From Candidatus Versatilivorator sp. (GTDB lineage: Bacteria; Acidobacteriota; Terriglobia; Versatilivoradales; Versatilivoraceae), in assembly GCA_965207735.1 (NCBI GenBank), contig OZ242296.1, forward strand, positions 736,001 through 800,000: a stretch of DNA of 64,000 nucleotides, read 5' to 3'. Positions 27,737 to 37,790 of this stretch are shown here, piece after piece (position 1 is the stretch's first letter; every line of letters starts with the position of its first letter). Both the position numbers and the translations under genes were made by a program. The notes beneath the pieces are model-generated. The model saw only the letters and a list, made by a program, of their open reading frames with translations, was not told the origin of the DNA and did no database searches.

Positions 27737-28498
27737 CTATTTTTTTAGAAAGGGCTCGAGAATATCGATTGCCAGAGGAAAAACCAGGGTGGTATTTCTC
27801 TCGACTCCAATCTCGTTCAGTGTTTGCAAATACCTCAACTGCAGGGCCACCGGCTCTTTGGCCACCACCTCGGCGGCTTGAGCCAGCCTTTCCGACGCCT
27901 GGAATTCTCCGTCGGCGTGAATGACCTTGGCTCGCCGTTCTCGTTCCGCTTCGGCCTGTTTGGCCATGGCTCGCTGCATTTCATGGGGAAGGTCCACTTG
28001 CTTGACCTCGACCGTTCCAACCTTGATGCCCCAGGGATCGGTGTGCTGGTCGAGGATACTCTGCAAGCGGACGTTCAGGGTCTCGCGCCGGCTGAGCAAA
28101 TCGTCCAAGGGCACTTCACCGAGTACCGAGCGAAGAGTGGTCTGGGCAAGCTGAGAGGTGGCATAGAGGTAATTCTCAACCTCGACCACTGCCTTGACCG
28201 GGTCCATGACGCGAAAATAGACGACGGCATTGACCTGGACCGTAACGTTGTCGCTGGTGATGATGTCCTGTGGCGGCACATCCAAAGTCACAACTCGCAG
28301 TTCCAGCTTGACGATTCTGTCAATGGGCCACCACACGATAATGAGGCCGGGGCCCTTGGGTTGCGGCAACAGCCGTCCCAGGCGAAAGATGACGCCTCGC
28401 TCATATTCCCGCAGCACTTGAAGGGAGTTGAAGAGGACTACCACCACCAGCAACAGTCCAAAGAGACCCGGGACTGAAATGAAATCGATTTCGAACAT
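27737..28498 (-). CDS. SPFH/stomatin-like (slipin) protein
   Basis: [38 protein letters not shown]. Confidence 0.93.
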   Translation of the reverse strand: MFEIDFISVPGLFGLLLVVVVLFNSLQVLREYERGVIFRLGRLLPQPKGPGLIIVWWPIDRIVKLELRVVTLDVPPQDIITSDNVTVQVNAVVYFRVMDPVKAVVEVENYLYATSQLAQTTLRSVLGEVPLDDLLSRRETLNVRLQSILDQHTDPWGIKVGTVEVKQVDLPHEMQRAMAKQAEAERERRAKVIHADGEFQASERLAQAAEVVAKEPVALQLRYLQTLNEIGVERNTTLVFPLAIDILEPFLKK

Positions 28499-28511
28499 GA
28501 GTCCCTCCTAG

Positions 28512-29813
28512 TTAGCTTGAGGCTGTCCCGGGGCCGTTTACCCGAGTCACCTGGATGTTGAGTCCCTCGACTGATACCACTCGGACCCGGTTGCCGGATT
28601 CGATTGGCTGAGGACTGCTTGCCTGCCAGATCTCACCGTGGACCTGCACTTTTCCCTGGGACTGGATGTCGGTCAAGGCTGTTCCGATCTCTCCGACCAT
28701 GCCCTCGTTGCCGGTCACCGACTTGTTGCGGTGTGCCAGAATGACCAAGCGCATGAGAAAGATGATGATAGCGGCAAAGGGGAGAGTGATTCCCACGGCC
28801 GTGATCAGCTTCACACGCAACTCGGGGAGCGGTGAGTCGATGAGAATTAGGGAGCCCAGCACCATGACGGCGATTCCGAGAGAAGCCAGCAGTCCGTAAC
28901 TGGTCACTTTTACCTCCAGAGCAAAAAGGACGATTGCCGCCAGGATCAGCACCACTCCCAGGAGGTTGATGGGCAGGATATTGAATGCCACCAGAGCCAG
29001 GAAGACACAGACACCCCCGGCCACACCGGGAAAGATCAGACCCGGATTGCTGAACTCGATGTAGAGTCCCAACAGGCCAATCAGTCCCAGAATCAGTGCA
29101 ATGTTGGGGTTTAACACCTTTGAGAGAACCTTTTGGCGAGCCGTCATCTCAATTGCCTTCAGAGACTCGTTTTTCAGTTGCAGGACCAGCGTTTCCCCGT
29201 CGAAGCGCTGGATTTCCCTGCCGTCGAACTTGGTGAGGATTTCGTTCAGGTCCTGGGCGATGCCGTCGATGAGATTGCCCGCCCGCGCCTCTTCTTCGGT
29301 GAAAGACAGGCTCTCCAATACCCCTTTTTCCGCCAATTCGACGTTGCGGCCGCGTTGAGCCACGAAACTGCGGATGTAGGCCGCGGCATCGTTTTCCACT
29401 TTTTGCTGCATCACCTCGTCCAACTTCCCTCCGCCCAGGGGTACCGGATGTGCGGCTCCGGTGTTGGTGCCGGGGGCCATGACGGCCAGGTCTCCGGACA
29501 AGAGGATGAAGAATCCCGCGGACGCGGCTCTGGCGCCGCTTGGACCGACGAAAACGAGCACCGGAGTTTTCGACCGCAATATTTGCTCGATGATTTCCCG
29601 CATGGAGGTGTCGAAGCCCCCCGGCGTATTCATCTGGATGATCACGGCAGTGGCGCGTTCCTCTTCCGCCTGCTCCAAGGCACGGGTGATGTACTCCGCA
29701 ATCACAGGATGAATGACGTCGTCGACCTCAATCGTGAACACGACCGCTTCGGCCGAAGGAACGGCGGCTGCCAGAATGACCAGCAGCGCCACCCCAAATC
29801 TCCGTCTGGTCAT
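28512..29813 (-). CDS. NfeD-family membrane serine protease
   Basis: NTPGG, ARAASAG, TNTGAAHP, TM region and C-terminal OB-like domain; adjacent to the slipin gene. Confidence 0.92.
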   Translation of the reverse strand: MTRRRFGVALLVILAAAVPSAEAVVFTIEVDDVIHPVIAEYITRALEQAEEERATAVIIQMNTPGGFDTSMREIIEQILRSKTPVLVFVGPSGARAASAGFFILLSGDLAVMAPGTNTGAAHPVPLGGGKLDEVMQQKVENDAAAYIRSFVAQRGRNVELAEKGVLESLSFTEEEARAGNLIDGIAQDLNEILTKFDGREIQRFDGETLVLQLKNESLKAIEMTARQKVLSKVLNPNIALILGLIGLLGLYIEFSNPGLIFPGVAGGVCVFLALVAFNILPINLLGVVLILAAIVLFALEVKVTSYGLLASLGIAVMVLGSLILIDSPLPELRVKLITAVGITLPFAAIIIFLMRLVILAHRNKSVTGNEGMVGEIGTALTDIQSQGKVQVHGEIWQASSPQPIESGNRVRVVSVEGLNIQVTRVNGPGTASS

Positions 29814-30190
29814 GGAAATCTCCGAAAACGAAACCCCGGATTTGCCCGGAATTCCGGCGACTCTCCTGACTGAATTACCCCGTTGCCTGTGAATTATAAC
29901 AGAGTTACGAACCGGTAACCGGCCCATCTGGAACGGCAGCCGGTCCAGGCATTGCCTTGCCTGAAACAAACGACAAGAGACAAAAGAAAAAGAGTGATCC
30001 ACGAAGGGCCACGAAGGACGACGAAGGGACACCAAGGCGCTGGAGAAGGCCCAAGAGGGATGGGGCGAAGGTCGGCAAGAGGGTCAACGAAGGACACAAG
30101 GGACAAAGAGGATTTGTCCGCGAAGAAGCAACAAGGACCGCGGCGGAGCCAGTGGGGGGCTTCCGACCCCATCGTGATTTAAGGAGATCA

Positions 30191-30340
30191 TTAACATCGA
30201 TGCACAGGATTCACAGGATTCTTCAGGAAACGGCTGGCTTCTACTGCCGGGAATCCGCAAATCCGCACCGGATCATCGCCCGAGTTGGCTTCTGGTGCAG
30301 GAAGCTCTCGTCCTGTCAATCCTGTGCATCCATGTTCAAC
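30191..30340 (+). repeat. REP/REPIN-like element, family A
   Basis: TTAACATCGATGCACAGGAT ... ATCCTGTGCATCCATGTT; internal TTCAGGAAACGGCT and ATCCGCAAATCCGCAC are shared with the other copies. Confidence 0.8.
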
Positions 30341-30547
30341 TTATAGTCCTTCTCGATTGATCTTCCCCGTGGCGGGCCTTGGCTGTGCCCAACGCCCCGA
30401 TTCCCAGTCAGCGTCCCGTGCAGCGGCCTCTGGTCCTATTTGTCCTGTCCCTGATGCCGTGACACCTACATGTATCCGGCGACTTGGGGAGCGATGCAGG
30501 TTAAAATCGACAGGATGTTCTCCTGGCAGGGATCAAGGGTTCTCAAA

Positions 30548-32140
30548 ATGACTCCAAGGGCATCCATCAAACCGGCAGTGGCTGGGTTGCTTGCCTGTGC
30601 CCTGCTGTTCGGAAACAGGGCCGTCCATCCTTCCAGCGCCACTTCTCCCGCCGACCCGGAGAAAAAGGAACTTGTATTTCCGAAATCGTTCAATCGCCAC
30701 CTGCAAGCCTACGCGGCCGTGTTGAGCCTTGTGGAATCCGGGTATGCGGATCCAGCAGACCTCAATCGAGCCATTGCCCGGTCGATTCAGCGCATGCTGA
30801 GTCGTTTGGATCCGCACTCGAGCTTTTTCGACCCCAAGACCTTTGGCGAGTTACGAGCCTACCAGGGTGGCAACTATTCCGGAATCGGCACACGAGTGGC
30901 GCCGGTGGACGGAAAAATGATGGTGCTCTCGACGACGGCAGGGTCACCAGCCGAGGAATCGGGAATTCGCCCTGGGGATATCATCCTTTCGGTTGACGGG
31001 ATCTCCACCAGAGATCGTCCCGGAGCCGAGGTGGTGAGGTTGCTGCGAGGCCCCCGGGACACTCGGGTGGAGGTCTTGATCGAGAGGAGTGGTGTCGACC
31101 GTCCGTTGGGGCTCCAGGTCAGGCGAGAGGAAATACCCGAACCCAGTTTGCCTCTCGGCTATGCCATCCTGCCAGGAGTGGTTTACCTGCAAATGGTGGG
31201 CTTTACGGCCACCACCGAGGACGAAGTGGACCGCGCGCTGAAGCCGTTCCAACCTGATCTGCAGGGTCTTGTGCTGGACCTGCGGGACAACATGGGAGGG
31301 AATCTGCAAAGCGCCATCGGCGTTGCCGATCGCTTTCTGGATTTGAACCAGGTCATACTGGTCACCAAAGGGAGGCTTCCCGACTCCAATGCCAGGTATG
31401 TGGCCACTCGTGGGCATGACCGCGAGCCTGTTCCGCTGGTGGTGTTGATCAATAGGCGAACAGCCAGCGCCGCTGAAATCCTGGCGGGAGCCATCCAGGA
31501 TGCCGGGCGGGGAGTGGTGGTCGGTGAAAACAGTTTCGGGAAGGGACTGGTCCAAACGATTTTTTCTCTGAGCGGCGGGAACGGACTCTCCCTGACCACG
31601 GCCAAGTGGTTCACGCCCAACGGAAGGACGATACAGCGGAACTACAAGAATCGCTCTTTGTTGGAGTATTTGAAATTAATGGAACGGTTGGAGAGCGGCC
31701 GCTCCCCTGCAACCCCTCCTATGGACAGTTCCTCTGAGGAGGCTGGCGAGGGTGGCATCTTCCCGGACGTGTGGGCTGGGTCGGTCGCGATGACCTCCTT
31801 TCAGAAACGCCTGTTGTCGCGGCATCTCCTTTTTGCCTTCGCCCGGGAATTCAAAGCCAGGTATCCGGTGCTTGCCAGTACGGCAATTGTGAGTCCCCTG
31901 GTGCTGGAGGAATTTCACGATTTTCTCGCGGCACGAGAACTGATTCGCTCCGACTCGGAGTTCCAGGACCACCTGCCGTTCATTCAACGCAGTCTTCGCA
32001 GTCAGCTGTTGCTCCTTTCCCTGCAACCCAAGGAGAGCAGGAAAGTGGAGCTTGAAGGAGACCCCCAGGTAATCCAGGCACTGGCATCCCTGCCCCGGGC
32101 CAGATTGCTTCTCGCCCGGGACAGATCGGGTGAGGATTAG
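30548..32140 (+). CDS. S41 C-terminal processing peptidase (CtpA-like)
   Basis: LDPHS, PDZ-like YSGIG, LDLRDNMGG, TASAAEI, SFGKG. Start approximate. Confidence 0.9.
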   Translation: MTPRASIKPAVAGLLACALLFGNRAVHPSSATSPADPEKKELVFPKSFNRHLQAYAAVLSLVESGYADPADLNRAIARSIQRMLSRLDPHSSFFDPKTFGELRAYQGGNYSGIGTRVAPVDGKMMVLSTTAGSPAEESGIRPGDIILSVDGISTRDRPGAEVVRLLRGPRDTRVEVLIERSGVDRPLGLQVRREEIPEPSLPLGYAILPGVVYLQMVGFTATTEDEVDRALKPFQPDLQGLVLDLRDNMGGNLQSAIGVADRFLDLNQVILVTKGRLPDSNARYVATRGHDREPVPLVVLINRRTASAAEILAGAIQDAGRGVVVGENSFGKGLVQTIFSLSGGNGLSLTTAKWFTPNGRTIQRNYKNRSLLEYLKLMERLESGRSPATPPMDSSSEEAGEGGIFPDVWAGSVAMTSFQKRLLSRHLLFAFAREFKARYPVLASTAIVSPLVLEEFHDFLAARELIRSDSEFQDHLPFIQRSLRSQLLLLSLQPKESRKVELEGDPQVIQALASLPRARLLLARDRSGED

Positions 32141-32148
32141 CCCGCCTG

Positions 32149-32883
32149 TCAGCGGAGCACCTTTGCGACTCGGAAGCCGTAATCGGTATATGTATAGGAG
32201 GGGTCCAGGCTGCTGCGGGCCGCACAGCGACTCACCTTGATCTGGTGGCGCCAGGCCCCGCCCCGGGAGGCCCGGCGTAGCGTCTTTGTCCGGTTGACCG
32301 GATTGTCTTTGGGGGATCGCTGGTAATAGTCGCGCGCATACCAGTCGAGGCACCACTCGTGAACATTGTCGCCTAGATCGTATAGCCCGAAATCGTTAGG
32401 CGGCTGCAGTGCCACCGGATGAGGGCATCGATCCCGCCAACCGGTGCGATACAGCTCATACTCCGAGGGATCTTCGTCTCCCCAGGCATAGAGACGTCCT
32501 TCCTTTTTCTGACGAATGGCCCATTCCCATTCAACCTCGGTGGGCAAGCGAAAAGTTTCGCCCGTCCACTCGCTCAGCCAGCGGCAATAGGCATCCGCCT
32601 CCAGCCAACTGACCGAAACCACCGGCTGTCGCGGATGACTGAAGCGGGGCTCCAGGAACGATTCGGGCATCCGCCCGCCGGTTCGAGCGACAAAAAATCG
32701 GTATTGCTCGTTGGTTACGGTGGTGATGCCCATGGCAAAGGCATCGACCCGGACCCGATGGACCGGTCGCTCGTCCGAACGCCCCCGGTCGCAGCCCATG
32801 AGATATTCGCCGGCGGGCAATCCCGCCACGGCCGGAATGTGGCTCGTGATCGTGTCCACAATTTTCAAACGGCTCGAATACAA
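32149..32883 (-). CDS. FGE-sulfatase/SUMF1-like domain protein
   Basis: ERPVHRV, PVVSVSW, RLPTEVEWE, NDFGLYD, YGFRV. Confidence 0.88.
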   Translation of the reverse strand: MYSSRLKIVDTITSHIPAVAGLPAGEYLMGCDRGRSDERPVHRVRVDAFAMGITTVTNEQYRFFVARTGGRMPESFLEPRFSHPRQPVVSVSWLEADAYCRWLSEWTGETFRLPTEVEWEWAIRQKKEGRLYAWGDEDPSEYELYRTGWRDRCPHPVALQPPNDFGLYDLGDNVHEWCLDWYARDYYQRSPKDNPVNRTKTLRRASRGGAWRHQIKVSRCAARSSLDPSYTYTDYGFRVAKVLR

Positions 32884-32981
32884 GCTGTTCCTGTTGGTTT
32901 TTCTTCGTGTTCCGTCGTCGTTCTTCGTGGCCCTTCGTGGATATCGTTTTTGCCTGCTTGTCGATCTGGGGCCGGGTCCGG

Positions 32982-35309
32982 CTAGGAAGCGGATTCCTGG
33001 GTGCGCTCGAACTCGAAACCGGGATAGGTAATGCGGGCGTGGTAAATGCTGGAGAGAGTCTCGAGGAAGCTGAAGGCGATGCGGTCGATTTCAGCCAGGG
33101 TGATGTCGCACTCCGACAACTGCCCGTCTTCGGTGGTGGTGGCCACGATCTTCTGAATCAATTCCAGCAACTTCTCCTGGGAGTGGTCACTCAGGGTTCT
33201 GGCAGCTGCCTCCACGGCGTCGGCCAGCATGATGATGGCGGCCATCTTGCTTTGCGGCTTGGGCCCCGGATAGCGGAAGCGGGCTTCGTTGACTTCATCG
33301 GGTGCAGCCGCGCTGGCCTTGGCCTTCTCGTAAAAATAGGTCAACAGCTTGGTGCCGTGGTGCTGGGGAATGATGTCGATCATCGAGGAGGGAAGGTTGG
33401 CAGCCCGGGCCATTCGGATTCCCTTGGTCACGTGTCCGACCACTAATTTCACGCTTTCCTCGGGGCTGATGCGATCGTGGATGTTATCGCCCCGCTGGTT
33501 CTCCACGTAGTATTGGGGACGAATCGATTTGCCGACATCGTGATAGAAGCAAGCTACCCGGGCAAATACCGGGTTCAGCCCGATCGCTTCTGCGGCTGCT
33601 TCAGAGAGAGTACCGACAGCAACGCTGTGGTTGTAAGTTCCGGGGGCTTTCAGGATCAGCTCACGTATCAGAGGTAGATTGACGTTGCCAAGCTCCTGCA
33701 ACCTCATCACGGTGGTAACCATGAAAAGCCGTTCGAACAGAGGCAACAAAAAGACCAGCAGCCCGGTGGTGATCGGACCGGACAGCAGCGCCAGCGTAGC
33801 CCCCAGAAGGCCGACCCCCAAGTCGAACGGGGCCAGCTTGGCGTACTGAAGCACCACGAAGAGGCCAATGGCAGCCGATCCGAGCTTGAATCCCGCCCCT
33901 ACAAAGCCGACTCTCTGTACGGCGCTGCGAATGGTGAGTATTCCGATCAGGTGGCACATCAGCACGTAGAAGAAACCATAGATGTCGCTGCTCAGGGCCA
34001 GTACGGCAACAAGGCTAGACAACAGGGAATAAATCAGGGCAGCACGGTCATCCACCAGAATGGTTACCAGCATTGCCCCCAGGGCAAAAGGCAAGGCGAA
34101 GAAGAAGTAAACCTCGTCGTTGTCGGGAAATCCCGCAAAGTTCTGGCTGAGGGCTTCGCTGAGAGCCTCGCCGACAAAGCTGAAGACCTTGAGGACAATG
34201 ATCTGGACGACCAGAACAGTGCTGGCCAGCACCGCCAATCTCATAAAATTCCAGTGGGTCGGCCAGAGATTTCTCAACAAATAGCCGAACACTGCCAGAA
34301 GCGATCCGATGAGAAACGCCAAGCTGACCGTTTGCGCCAGCGACGAGGTCTTCCGGGGAAGGTTTCGGATGGCTTCGATCTGTCTTAGTTGTGCCGGACT
34401 GATTTCGTCCCCTTGGCGAACGATCACCTTGCCCTTTTTGAGGATGACGAAGACCGGGTCCACATCGGCCACCGCTTTCCGTTGCGCCGCTTTTGTGGCC
34501 TGCAGGTCAAAGGAAAGGTTGGGTTGCAGCAAGCCCCTGACCAGCCTGGATACCGGTTGCAACGGGAGTCCGTGGTATCGCAGCAGCTGCGGCAACCAGG
34601 TATTGACCTCTTGCCGGATGCCGTCAAGAGTCTTGACCCGGTCCACCGGGATTGTGGTTCTCTCTTCCGAATCGGTGCTGGAAAGGATGTGGATCCGCCT
34701 CTTCTCACGAATCAAATCCCTCGCGCTCTCAATCACCGGCGAACCATTGGCCTTGCGCAGCGTTTGTTCGAGCGCCTGCTGCAATGGCTGGCTGAATCCA
34801 TTGCTTGCCAGGAATCGGGCGGCGGGTTCCAGCTCCGGCTCCGGCAGCAGTTGCGCCAACTCGGATCTGAAGTTCGCCTGGACTTGCGGAGGGAGTTGGT
34901 TAAGACTCCGGGCTGAACTGGCGGAACGGGTTGGGTTTAGGGGTTTCAGGTGGCTTCTCAACCTGGAAAACAGCCGGCAGATGCGCTCGATTCGTGCCTC
35001 GGCCCGATCGTCGGCATGGCGATATACCGGAAGCGCGGCCTTTTGGGCTTCCTGCTGTCGGATCCTGGTGGCTTCTTCGTCCTGCATCGGGACGTCCGCC
35101 GGGACCAGGATATCGGAGGTGGCAATGTCTCCCACCCCATAGTCCGGCAGGGTGAAAATCTTGTAGGTGGAGGAAAAGAAGGTGAGCACCACCGTCAGCA
35201 ATATCAGGAGCAGGATCAGACCCGGAATGGAGCCGGGACTCACCTGGTCCGACCTCGTCCCCAGGGGATCGTTGGAGCTTCCCTTCGTCCTCAGACTGAT
35301 GACCCTCAT
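32982..35309 (-). CDS. 7TM-HDIG phosphohydrolase (PgpH-like, possible c-di-AMP phosphodiesterase)
   Basis: Extracellular domain, TM block, APGTYNHS, YHDVGK, QHHGT, RYPGPKPQ, MLADAVEAA. Confidence 0.88.
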   Translation of the reverse strand: MRVISLRTKGSSNDPLGTRSDQVSPGSIPGLILLLILLTVVLTFFSSTYKIFTLPDYGVGDIATSDILVPADVPMQDEEATRIRQQEAQKAALPVYRHADDRAEARIERICRLFSRLRSHLKPLNPTRSASSARSLNQLPPQVQANFRSELAQLLPEPELEPAARFLASNGFSQPLQQALEQTLRKANGSPVIESARDLIREKRRIHILSSTDSEERTTIPVDRVKTLDGIRQEVNTWLPQLLRYHGLPLQPVSRLVRGLLQPNLSFDLQATKAAQRKAVADVDPVFVILKKGKVIVRQGDEISPAQLRQIEAIRNLPRKTSSLAQTVSLAFLIGSLLAVFGYLLRNLWPTHWNFMRLAVLASTVLVVQIIVLKVFSFVGEALSEALSQNFAGFPDNDEVYFFFALPFALGAMLVTILVDDRAALIYSLLSSLVAVLALSSDIYGFFYVLMCHLIGILTIRSAVQRVGFVGAGFKLGSAAIGLFVVLQYAKLAPFDLGVGLLGATLALLSGPITTGLLVFLLPLFERLFMVTTVMRLQELGNVNLPLIRELILKAPGTYNHSVAVGTLSEAAAEAIGLNPVFARVACFYHDVGKSIRPQYYVENQRGDNIHDRISPEESVKLVVGHVTKGIRMARAANLPSSMIDIIPQHHGTKLLTYFYEKAKASAAAPDEVNEARFRYPGPKPQSKMAAIIMLADAVEAAARTLSDHSQEKLLELIQKIVATTTEDGQLSECDITLAEIDRIAFSFLETLSSIYHARITYPGFEFERTQESAS

Positions 35310-35749
35310 GGAACCCCTTTAGCCGGCTGGGCCTGTCGGCCCAGCCATCAGCGATGTTCTTCGGGACTCTTGCTCTTCCAGAGACTCGAGCTAAGCGACG
35401 ATGTCCGGAAGCTCGGGCATGGGGTTCCGATGGTCGTGTCCTGGCAATGAATGAACATTGGCTCGTCGTCACTGCTTGAAGCCGGCGCGGTTGCGCTCCG
35501 TAAGATGGCAGCCCATTTCCGAGACAGAACACTAGCACCGACGTCCATGACGGTCAAGTTGCGTCCTGTTAACGTGTTGCATCGTGAGCAATCTCTGGGT
35601 CGGGTCTGGCGTCCGGGCGAAGGCGCGGCAATCCAAGATAGTGGATTCCCCTGATCCGATCTTGAATACCCGGCGCCTGACGCGCTATTCTTGGTGACAG
35701 TCCAAATGGAAGAACGTTTGCCGGGCACAAAACCAAAGGAGCCGATACT

Positions 35750-36310
35750 ATGGTCTTGACACCTTCAACCATGCTAGCACTGGGGGCGTCCGCACCCGAT
35801 TTTCACCTGCCGGATGTCGTGTCCGGAGACACGGTCACGCTTGGCAGCTTTGCGGACAAGGAAGCGCTCCTGTTAATGTTCATCTGCCGGCACTGTCCTT
35901 TTGTGGTTCATGTCCAGGAGGAGTTGGCGCGTTTGGGCAACGACTACAAGGCCAAGAGCGTGGGCATTGTGGCCATCAGCTCCAATGACGCCGAGAATTA
36001 TCCGGACGATGCGCCTTCCAACCTCAAGGCCATGGCCGAGGAGCTTGGCTTCACCTTCCCCTACTGCTATGACGAGAGTCAGGAGGTAGCCCGGTCCTTT
36101 CATGCGGCCTGCACCCCCGACTTTTTTCTCTTTGACGGCCGGCGGGAACTGGTCTACCGGGGTCAGTTGGATGGAAGTCGGCCCGGGAACAATGAACCGG
36201 TCACGGGAAGGGATCTGAGGGGAGCCATGGATGCGGTGCTATCGGGGAGCCCGGTCTCGACCGACCAGACACCCAGCATCGGCTGCAACATCAAGTGGAA
36301 ACCCAATTGA
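35750..36310 (+). CDS. Thioredoxin-family (AhpC/TSA-like) protein
   Basis: FICRHCPFV, ACTPDFF, SIGCNIKW. Confidence 0.9.
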   Translation: MVLTPSTMLALGASAPDFHLPDVVSGDTVTLGSFADKEALLLMFICRHCPFVVHVQEELARLGNDYKAKSVGIVAISSNDAENYPDDAPSNLKAMAEELGFTFPYCYDESQEVARSFHAACTPDFFLFDGRRELVYRGQLDGSRPGNNEPVTGRDLRGAMDAVLSGSPVSTDQTPSIGCNIKWKPN

Positions 36311-36320
36311 GCGGGTCTTT

Positions 36321-37751
36321 TCAGGGCCTCTCGATGGCGTAGACGTGAGAACGGGTCATGATGTAGAGGGTGTCGTTGGCAACGACCGGAGTGCTGTAGA
36401 CGGTGTTGCCGAAGTTGAATTCGTCGATGAGTCTTTTCTGGCGACTAGCCTCCAGAATGGTGAGGTCACCGTCCTCGTCTCCCAGCAAGACCTTGCCGTC
36501 GACCACGAAGGGGGAGCCCCAGACGGCGGCCAGCATGTCGTGTTCCCAAAGCAACTTTCCTGTCTTTACATCCAGAGCGTGAAAGAATCCACTGAAATTG
36601 GCGGCGTAGAGCACCCCGTCACGGATAGCCACGGTCGAGATACTGCGACGGAAGTCGTGTTGCCAAACAGCCCCAGTCTCGGTGATATCCCCTGACTGAG
36701 TAGCGTCGATGGCCCATAGGTGTCCCACGCCTTCGCCGTGCTCCGGATCCTGTCCCACTGCGATGAAAACCCGGTCGTTGTAGACAACAGGTGTCCCAAT
36801 CAGATTGTTGCGGTCCCCCCTGCCGTTCTTCCACTCGGATCCCTTCGGATTGCAGTCGAACCTCCAGAATTCCTTCCCGGTATGGGCTTCAAAGGCATAG
36901 AGCCAACCATCGCCGCCCGCAAAGATGACCTGGGGCCTGCCGGCGATCTCTCCGTAGCCTGGAGAGGACCACTGGCCATGGAGAACCGCATCCCCGGGGG
37001 CCGAGTTCTCCCAGGCCAACTTGCCGCTGTGGCGGTTCAGAGCCAGGAAACTGGGGGCTCGAGGCACCGGGATGTTGATGTGGCTCTCATCGGTTCCATT
37101 GGAGGTGTTGAGGAAAATCAGGTCCCCGACCATCAGAGGTGAGCTGGTAGCCAGGTTGTGCGGGAAGACCCCCAGTTCTTCAATCATGTCGAAGGTCCAT
37201 ATCACGTCCCCGTCGATCGGGGAGGTGTGCTTTTCGTCCTTGACGGGTCCGTCGTTTTCCCCGTCGAGGAACCCTTCGGTGTCCAGGCTCACGACTTCCG
37301 CCCGGTTGGAAACATAGTAAAGTCGATCTCCAGCCACCGCCGGCGAGGAACAAATGCCCTGCTCAGGCCAGTCGTTGACTCGGCCGGCGGCCAACTTTTC
37401 GTGGGTCATCTGCCAGAGGAATTTCCCGTCCGTCTCGCGGAAGCACATGATGACGCCTCGGTCTCCGGTCTGATTGGGGTTGCGCAGCCTCTGGTTGTTG
37501 GTGCCCACAAAGACCTTACCACCCAAAATGGTGGGGTTTCCATAGGACTGCGAACCGATCTCGGCGACCCACTTGATGTTTTTTCCGGTCTTCAGGTCCC
37601 AGTGGGCCGGAATTCCAGTGGCGTCCGACACCATGTTCCTGTCGGGTCTGCCCCCCCACATGGGCCAGTCCCCTGCCAGACCGGAAATTTTGCTTCCGAC
37701 CGCCAGCAAAAGGACCACTGCTGCAATGACTTTCAGCTTTGACAATGACAT
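36321..37751 (-). CDS. Exported PQQ-like beta-propeller protein
   Basis: Signal peptide, DWPMWGG, repeated SSP / TGK..W blades. Confidence 0.85.
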   Translation of the reverse strand: MSLSKLKVIAAVVLLLAVGSKISGLAGDWPMWGGRPDRNMVSDATGIPAHWDLKTGKNIKWVAEIGSQSYGNPTILGGKVFVGTNNQRLRNPNQTGDRGVIMCFRETDGKFLWQMTHEKLAAGRVNDWPEQGICSSPAVAGDRLYYVSNRAEVVSLDTEGFLDGENDGPVKDEKHTSPIDGDVIWTFDMIEELGVFPHNLATSSPLMVGDLIFLNTSNGTDESHINIPVPRAPSFLALNRHSGKLAWENSAPGDAVLHGQWSSPGYGEIAGRPQVIFAGGDGWLYAFEAHTGKEFWRFDCNPKGSEWKNGRGDRNNLIGTPVVYNDRVFIAVGQDPEHGEGVGHLWAIDATQSGDITETGAVWQHDFRRSISTVAIRDGVLYAANFSGFFHALDVKTGKLLWEHDMLAAVWGSPFVVDGKVLLGDEDGDLTILEASRQKRLIDEFNFGNTVYSTPVVANDTLYIMTRSHVYAIERP

Positions 37752-37790
37752 GCGTTCCCTCTCAAACCCTCGGCCCCGGCCGGTCCATGC

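Noticed and set aside
32149-32883. True formylglycine-generating enzyme
   Set aside because: Lacks the catalytic CxxxxC after RGG (reads RGGAWRH); ordinary FGE-fold protein.
35310-35749. c-di-AMP riboswitch or small gene upstream of the PgpH-like gene
   Set aside because: No ydaO-type consensus recognised; candidate ORFs lack motifs.
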